A stretch of 64,000 nucleotides of DNA, taken from contig OY760505.1 of NCBI GenBank assembly GCA_963663545.1, forward strand, positions 3,392,001-3,456,000. The letters run 5' to 3'. Below the pieces are notes generated by a model. That model did not search any database and was not told where the DNA came from. It worked only from the letters and a program-made list of their open reading frames with translations. Numbering within the stretch: the first letter of the stretch is position 1; each line of letters opens with the position of its first letter. This DNA is from Candidatus Delongbacteria bacterium. GTDB taxonomy: Bacteria > CAIWAD01. A program made the translations under genes and the position numbers. Shown one piece after another: positions 59,470-64,000 of this stretch.

Positions 59470-60663
59470 ATGCTGGACGAGTATCACATTGACGCGCACC
59501 CCGGCCTCCCTTTGCGACCTACGCAGGTGCTAATAGATCCCGAAGCCTTGGCTCACAATGCTCGACTGCTGGGAGCCCGCAGCGGGCTTGGTGTCGGTGG
59601 ACTGATGGCCGTCGTCAAGGCGAACGGCTATGGTCACGGCCTTTTAGCTGTATCACGCATTCTGTTGAAAGCAGGAGTACGCCGACTGGCTGTGGGCTTC
59701 CTCGAAGAAGCCATTCTACTGCGTCGCGAGGGAGTTCGCTGTCCCATTCTTGTCCTGGGGGGGCTGGTCGAGTATCAGATTGCCAGCTATTTGGAACACG
59801 GCATCGACATGACGGTCTCCTCGATGCACAAAGCACAGCAAGTGGCCACGTTGGTGCGCGCTCTGGCAGCAGGCAAGGGGACTTGTGCGCGCGTACATCT
59901 GAAGATTGATACGGGCATGGAGCGCATTGGTGTTCATCCAACCAGCGCGCCGGGGTTGATAGAAGAAGCCTTGTCGCACTCGGAATTGCAGATCTGTGGC
60001 GTGTACTCCCATTTGGCCAATGCGGCCGAAGGTGACGAAGATGAGGCTCTGCGCGCACTTGGGCTGTTTGCGGGCCTGCGTCGTAAGTACGAAGCGGCGC
60101 TTCCAAGTGGTTGCCTTTGGCATCTTGCCGCCAGCGCTGCTGCGGCTCGTTGGCCTAAGACAGCACTCGATTGCATTCGTCCGGGAATCATGCTCTATGG
60201 CATTGACCCGGCGGGCGGCCTTGGCGAGAAGGCGATAATGCCTGGCCTGAAGCCAGCGATGGCCTGGCATTCGGCCGTTGTTTACTTCAAGGTTGTTGAG
60301 GCTGGCAGCGGCATCTCCTATGGGCACGAATACACGACACCGGCACGCACGCGTTTGATCACCATTCCGGTTGGCTATGGTGATGGTTACCGTCGCGCCA
60401 TGAGCGGGCGGGCTGAAGTGTTGGTCCGTGGGGTGCGCTGCCCTGTGCGTGGGCGCATTTGCATGGATCAGATCATGGCCGATCTGGGGCCCGGGGGCAC
60501 AGCGTACAATGGCGACGAAGTCGTGTTGGTTGGGAGTCAGGGCGGTGACACGATTCATCTAGAGGAGCTGGCCAGCTGGATGGAGGGGAGTCCCTACGAA
60601 GTGCTAACCAGCATTTCTGACCGCGTCCCGCGTCGAATACTGAGTGCGCCCATCGTGGAATGA
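59470..60663 (+). CDS. alr: Alanine racemase
   Basis: AVVKANGYGHG, HLKIDTGM.RIG, RPGI.LYG, GYGDG and GRICMDQ motifs. Confidence 0.97.
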   Translation: MLDEYHIDAHPGLPLRPTQVLIDPEALAHNARLLGARSGLGVGGLMAVVKANGYGHGLLAVSRILLKAGVRRLAVGFLEEAILLRREGVRCPILVLGGLVEYQIASYLEHGIDMTVSSMHKAQQVATLVRALAAGKGTCARVHLKIDTGMERIGVHPTSAPGLIEEALSHSELQICGVYSHLANAAEGDEDEALRALGLFAGLRRKYEAALPSGCLWHLAASAAAARWPKTALDCIRPGIMLYGIDPAGGLGEKAIMPGLKPAMAWHSAVVYFKVVEAGSGISYGHEYTTPARTRLITIPVGYGDGYRRAMSGRAEVLVRGVRCPVRGRICMDQIMADLGPGGTAYNGDEVVLVGSQGGDTIHLEELASWMEGSPYEVLTSISDRVPRRILSAPIVE

Positions 60664-60862
60664 GTCTTGTGAGACGGGCGGAGACCGTCTAAGTGTTAAC
60701 GCCCCCTCTCGCCTGTAGGGAATTGCATACACGAAGTAGTTGGGGTCCACCGCTCACAAAGGAGCCCCTTCACCCGCCAAACGGACCGATTTTCAAGAGA
60801 AAACGGCCAAATCCACCTTCCGAATGGAAAAAGACTTAGCTCACACACCTTGTTGAAGATTT

Positions 60863-60878
60863 TGGCATTGCGATTGCT
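60863..60878 (+). promoter_or_regulatory. Sigma54 (-24/-12) promoter
   Basis: TGGCATTGCGATTGCT, with GG-N10-GC, in the 508-bp intergenic region upstream of the peptide and activator genes. Confidence 0.75.
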
Positions 60879-60927
60879 ATGAAATAACGGTTGTTGGCAG
60901 TGAAATGTCTGGACGATCAAACAGACA

Positions 60928-61100
60928 CTGCCCGTCGAACCGTTGCGCTGTGAGATTTGACAGACTCACTCGCCGGTCCGGAATTCGGCTCGCCGTAGCG
61001 TCAAGCCCAAAAGAGACGCTAATAGCCGGTTGACTCACCCCGGCTGTTAAGTATGGCGACGGACAGGATTCATCAGGCCCGATTTTGTCTGTCTTTTTTT
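60928..61100 (+). ncRNA. Candidate structured 5' leader (riboswitch/attenuator) or sRNA ending in an intrinsic terminator
   Basis: Enclosing stem 60928-60937/61057-61066, internal hairpins, and an alternative terminator stem 61058-61070/61081-61093 followed by T7. Confidence 0.55.
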
Positions 61101-61171
61101 ACGCACTGCGGTTTTTGCTGGCGCGAAAGCTAAGCTAGTCTTACTTTCGTCGAGTCAAGTTGAGGTGAACT

Positions 61172-61453
61172 ATGCGACGAATGCTGGTACTTACCGCCCT
61201 GTTAGCCCTCACAGCACCACTGTTTGCTGGTGTTTGGGGTCCGGGTGAAGGTCCCTACAACCCCAATCCAAGCTGGGAAAAGCCCGGTCCTGTTCCCGAC
61301 TGGTACAATGACGACCCCACTGACCCGCACGGCGACTGGGATCATCGTGACATGGATGGCCCTTCAGAAGAAGACGAGGGCATCATCTACGACGATCAAT
61401 ACTACTGGTACTGGGATGAGGTCGAGGGTTGCTGGGTTCGCGTTGAGGGCTAA
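61172..61453 (+). CDS. Small secreted acidic Trp/Pro/Asp-rich protein (93 aa)
   Basis: RBS GAGGTG; signal peptide MRRMLVLTALLALTAPLFA; mature part rich in D, E, P, W and G. Confidence 0.8.
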   Translation: MRRMLVLTALLALTAPLFAGVWGPGEGPYNPNPSWEKPGPVPDWYNDDPTDPHGDWDHRDMDGPSEEDEGIIYDDQYYWYWDEVEGCWVRVEG

Positions 61454-61484
61454 ACGCTAATCCCGCTGAATAGGTGAGTCATCC

Positions 61485-63560
61485 ATGAGATGTCTGCGAG
61501 CTTTCGCAGCATTCTTTGAGCAGTCTGCTGGCTGGAGGCTGTTTGAAGAGCGCAAATTCAAACCCGCGCTGGAGCATTTCGAAAACGAGATGCAAAAGGC
61601 GCCGGACCGACGCTTTCGCGAATACGCACGCTTCCATGCTGCCAATTGTTGCTTTGTCTTGGGTCAGTATCCCAGGGCGAAGCGCTATTTGATTCAAGCC
61701 AACAAGTGGGCGGGCAACTCTGAGGACCGTCCGCTGCGCATGGCTTGTATCTTTTCCCTGGCTGCACTCGAGGTTGCGCAAGGCAATCGCGAAAAGGGAC
61801 TCGGCGTATACGAGAAATTCCGCACGCTCTATGAGAATCGCCTGCAGCCCTACGATCAGGCAATGCTCTATCTGAACCTCGCGCTGACGCATACGCAATT
61901 GAAGCATCTCGAGCTGGCCAAAGAAATGCTCGAAGAGGCCGCAGAGGTTATCGAGCCCCTTGGCGAAGCTCACCTTGACACTTTCCTCGCCTACTATCGC
62001 GGCATTCTGCAAAACCGTAGCGGCAATAGTGCTGCAGCTTTGAGCGACCTGCAGGACGCTGTTGCTTTAGCAGAGACCGGCGACGATCTCTACGATCAGA
62101 CGCGCTGCCACTGGCAGATCGGCAACCATTATCTGCGCCAGGAGAATTGGGAGCAAGCGCTAAAAGCGCTGAAAAAGGCGATCCGCATTTCCAAGCGGGC
62201 AGGCTTTCAAGTCGAGTCTGCCAAGTGTCTCAATGACTTCGCCTGGGCCCATTTCCGCAAGGGGCAGCTTGTTGAAGCCAAGTCCTTTGCTGAAGAGGCG
62301 ATTCTGGTGGGGCGTGAAGCCGGGTTGGATACTTCCAACTTCCTGGATACGCTTGAGCAGATCAACGCCCATATCAATGATTTCTACGAAGAAGAGCGCC
62401 TGATTGCCGAGCTCGAGCGCGAAAGTACACGCGAGTTTGAGTTGGTGGGCTACAGCGATCGCATGGTGCAGGTAACGGAGGCGATCAAGACTTTTGCTCC
62501 CTGCAGCGATCCAGTGCTAATCTACGGTGAAACGGGTACTGGCAAAGAGCTTGTATCACGAGCGGTGCATCTGGCTTCCTTGCGTGCGGAACGCGCTTTC
62601 CAGAAGCGTAATTGCGCAGCCATCCCCGAGAACCTCATCGAATCCGAGCTCTTTGGACATGTGAAAGGTGCCTTCACAGGTGCCACTTCTGACCGTAAGG
62701 GAATCTTCGAGGAAGCCGACGGAGGCACTCTCTTCCTGGACGAAATCGGTGAGATGCCCATCAGTCTGCAATCCAAATTGCTGCGTGTTCTCGAGTACGG
62801 CGAGTTCTATCGCGTGGGCTCAACGGAGTTGCTGCGTGTCGATGTTCGCATCATTGCTGCCACCAACAAGAATCTTGCCCAAGAAGTGGCCAAGGGCAAT
62901 TTCCGCGAAGACCTTTATTTCCGCCTGAATACAATCCGCCTTGATCTGCCCAATCTGCGTGAACGACGCGAGGATGTCGGGCTGCTGGTCAATCACTTCC
63001 TGTTCGCGCTCAATGAAGAGTTCGACAAGTATTACAAAGTGCTGACCGCAGACGCGCTGGCACTGTTGGAACAATACCCGTTCCCAGGAAATGTGCGCGA
63101 GCTGAAGAATATTGTTCGTGCCGCATACCTGACCAGCAAGGGGAGGCAGATTGCGCCGCAGGACCTGCAGCGTTTCTTCCAGCCTTCTGCAGCCGCATTG
63201 ACGCAGACGGCTGCTCCTGTGGTCAGCGAGCCCCCCGTAGTGCAGCAGAGTATTGCACCTCCGCCCATTGTGGCCGATATCGACGATGACGATGACGAGA
63301 TCCCCGCCGCTGAAGAGAAACGCTCGTTGGTCGGCGAATCCGAGGAAAGTCGAGTTGTGCCTTTTGCGGGATCGGAGTTGATGGACAAGGTCTGTTTGAA
63401 GGAGTACATGCTGGCTGCAGAGAAGCGCTACTTGCTGAGTGTATTACGGCAATGCGATAGCGTGAACAAGGCCTGTAGTGTGTTGAAGATCAGCAGACCG
63501 ACGTTCTATCAGAAACTGAAAGTGCACGGTATCAGCTTGTCCAACAAGCGCCTGGTGTGA
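61485..63560 (+). CDS. Sigma54-dependent enhancer-binding protein with N-terminal TPR repeats
   Basis: About 290 aa of TPR-like helices, then GETGTGKE, ESELFGHVKGAFTGA, LFLDEIGE, FREDLYFRL, FPGNVREL and a C-terminal Fis-type HTH. Confidence 0.93.
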   Translation: MRCLRAFAAFFEQSAGWRLFEERKFKPALEHFENEMQKAPDRRFREYARFHAANCCFVLGQYPRAKRYLIQANKWAGNSEDRPLRMACIFSLAALEVAQGNREKGLGVYEKFRTLYENRLQPYDQAMLYLNLALTHTQLKHLELAKEMLEEAAEVIEPLGEAHLDTFLAYYRGILQNRSGNSAAALSDLQDAVALAETGDDLYDQTRCHWQIGNHYLRQENWEQALKALKKAIRISKRAGFQVESAKCLNDFAWAHFRKGQLVEAKSFAEEAILVGREAGLDTSNFLDTLEQINAHINDFYEEERLIAELERESTREFELVGYSDRMVQVTEAIKTFAPCSDPVLIYGETGTGKELVSRAVHLASLRAERAFQKRNCAAIPENLIESELFGHVKGAFTGATSDRKGIFEEADGGTLFLDEIGEMPISLQSKLLRVLEYGEFYRVGSTELLRVDVRIIAATNKNLAQEVAKGNFREDLYFRLNTIRLDLPNLRERREDVGLLVNHFLFALNEEFDKYYKVLTADALALLEQYPFPGNVRELKNIVRAAYLTSKGRQIAPQDLQRFFQPSAAALTQTAAPVVSEPPVVQQSIAPPPIVADIDDDDDEIPAAEEKRSLVGESEESRVVPFAGSELMDKVCLKEYMLAAEKRYLLSVLRQCDSVNKACSVLKISRPTFYQKLKVHGISLSNKRLV

Positions 63561-63572
63561 TACAAAAACAGA

Positions 63573-63992
63573 CTATTTCGTTCGGGCGCGATCCAGATCG
63601 CGCCTTTCCTTTTTTGTCGGGCGTCCTTTGCGGGAAGCCGCTTGGGCGCGCGCCATCTGATTCATCATGCGAACGTAGTCGCGCTGCTCCTCGTCGAGGC
63701 CGCTGAGCTGCTGCTGCTCTTCGACCATGTGATACAATTCACGCGCCTCGGCCGCAGGAATACTGCGCTCGGCCAAGCCCTTTACGGTCAACGTAAACCT
63801 TCTGCTGCCCTTTGCTACTTCGATCTGGTCTTCGAGCTTCAACACGCGTCCGGCTTTGGCGCGTTTGCCATCCATGCGAACATGCCCAGCGGTAATCGCA
63901 TCCGTTGCCTGAGTGCGCGTTTTATAGATACGCGCGATCTGCAGCCATTTGTCAAGTCGGACTTCCGCTTGGGGCGCGGCCTGCTGATTCAT
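63573..63992 (-). CDS. hslR: Ribosome-associated heat shock protein Hsp15 (S4 domain)
   Basis: VRLDKWL..ARIYKTR..A...I..G.V and GRPTKKERR motifs. Confidence 0.9.
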   Translation of the reverse strand: MNQQAAPQAEVRLDKWLQIARIYKTRTQATDAITAGHVRMDGKRAKAGRVLKLEDQIEVAKGSRRFTLTVKGLAERSIPAAEARELYHMVEEQQQLSGLDEEQRDYVRMMNQMARAQAASRKGRPTKKERRDLDRARTK

Positions 63993-64000
63993 GTCTTTCC

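Noticed and set aside
60996..61050. Resemblance of GAGACGC..AGCC to a c-di-GMP-I riboswitch
   Set aside because: It lacks the GGCAAA start, GNRA loop and receptor; kept only as an unclassified structured leader.
61118..61135. Second sigma54-like CTGGCGCG before the peptide ORF
   Set aside because: No GC at the required 10-nt spacing from GG.

Overview
A GC-rich bacterial chromosomal segment, probably from an FCB-superphylum-type candidate lineage. This is an inference from a YPNP-type C-terminal sorting domain, a cleaved-adhesin-like domain and a CcsBA-type heme lyase. Housekeeping content includes hslVU, argF, fbaA, CIRCE-groESL, tRNA-Arg(CCG), a sigma54-driven flgFGAHIJNKL operon, mutL-miaA, alr and hslR. 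Accessory content includes a 1619-aa repetitive secreted protein and a decaying integron (truncated intI, attI, three cassettes, two complete attC sites) followed by cassette-like cargo without attC sites. There is also an octaheme HAO-like cytochrome, a NapC/NirT-like cytochrome and a divergent CcsA. Three signals stand out. (1) The 7-mer GTGATAC/GTATCAC occurs about 70 times by manual count against about 8 expected; it sits at stop codons and in terminators and is absent from the integron. (2) Near the right end, a sigma54 promoter is followed by a structured leader with mutually exclusive antiterminator and terminator stems, a small secreted acidic peptide and a TPR-sensor sigma54 activator, which may form a peptide-signalling circuit. 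(3) A dispersed hairpin-rich repeat family is present, and one copy abuts the point where the integrase is truncated. All calls come from reading the sequence and ORF track; no database searches were run.
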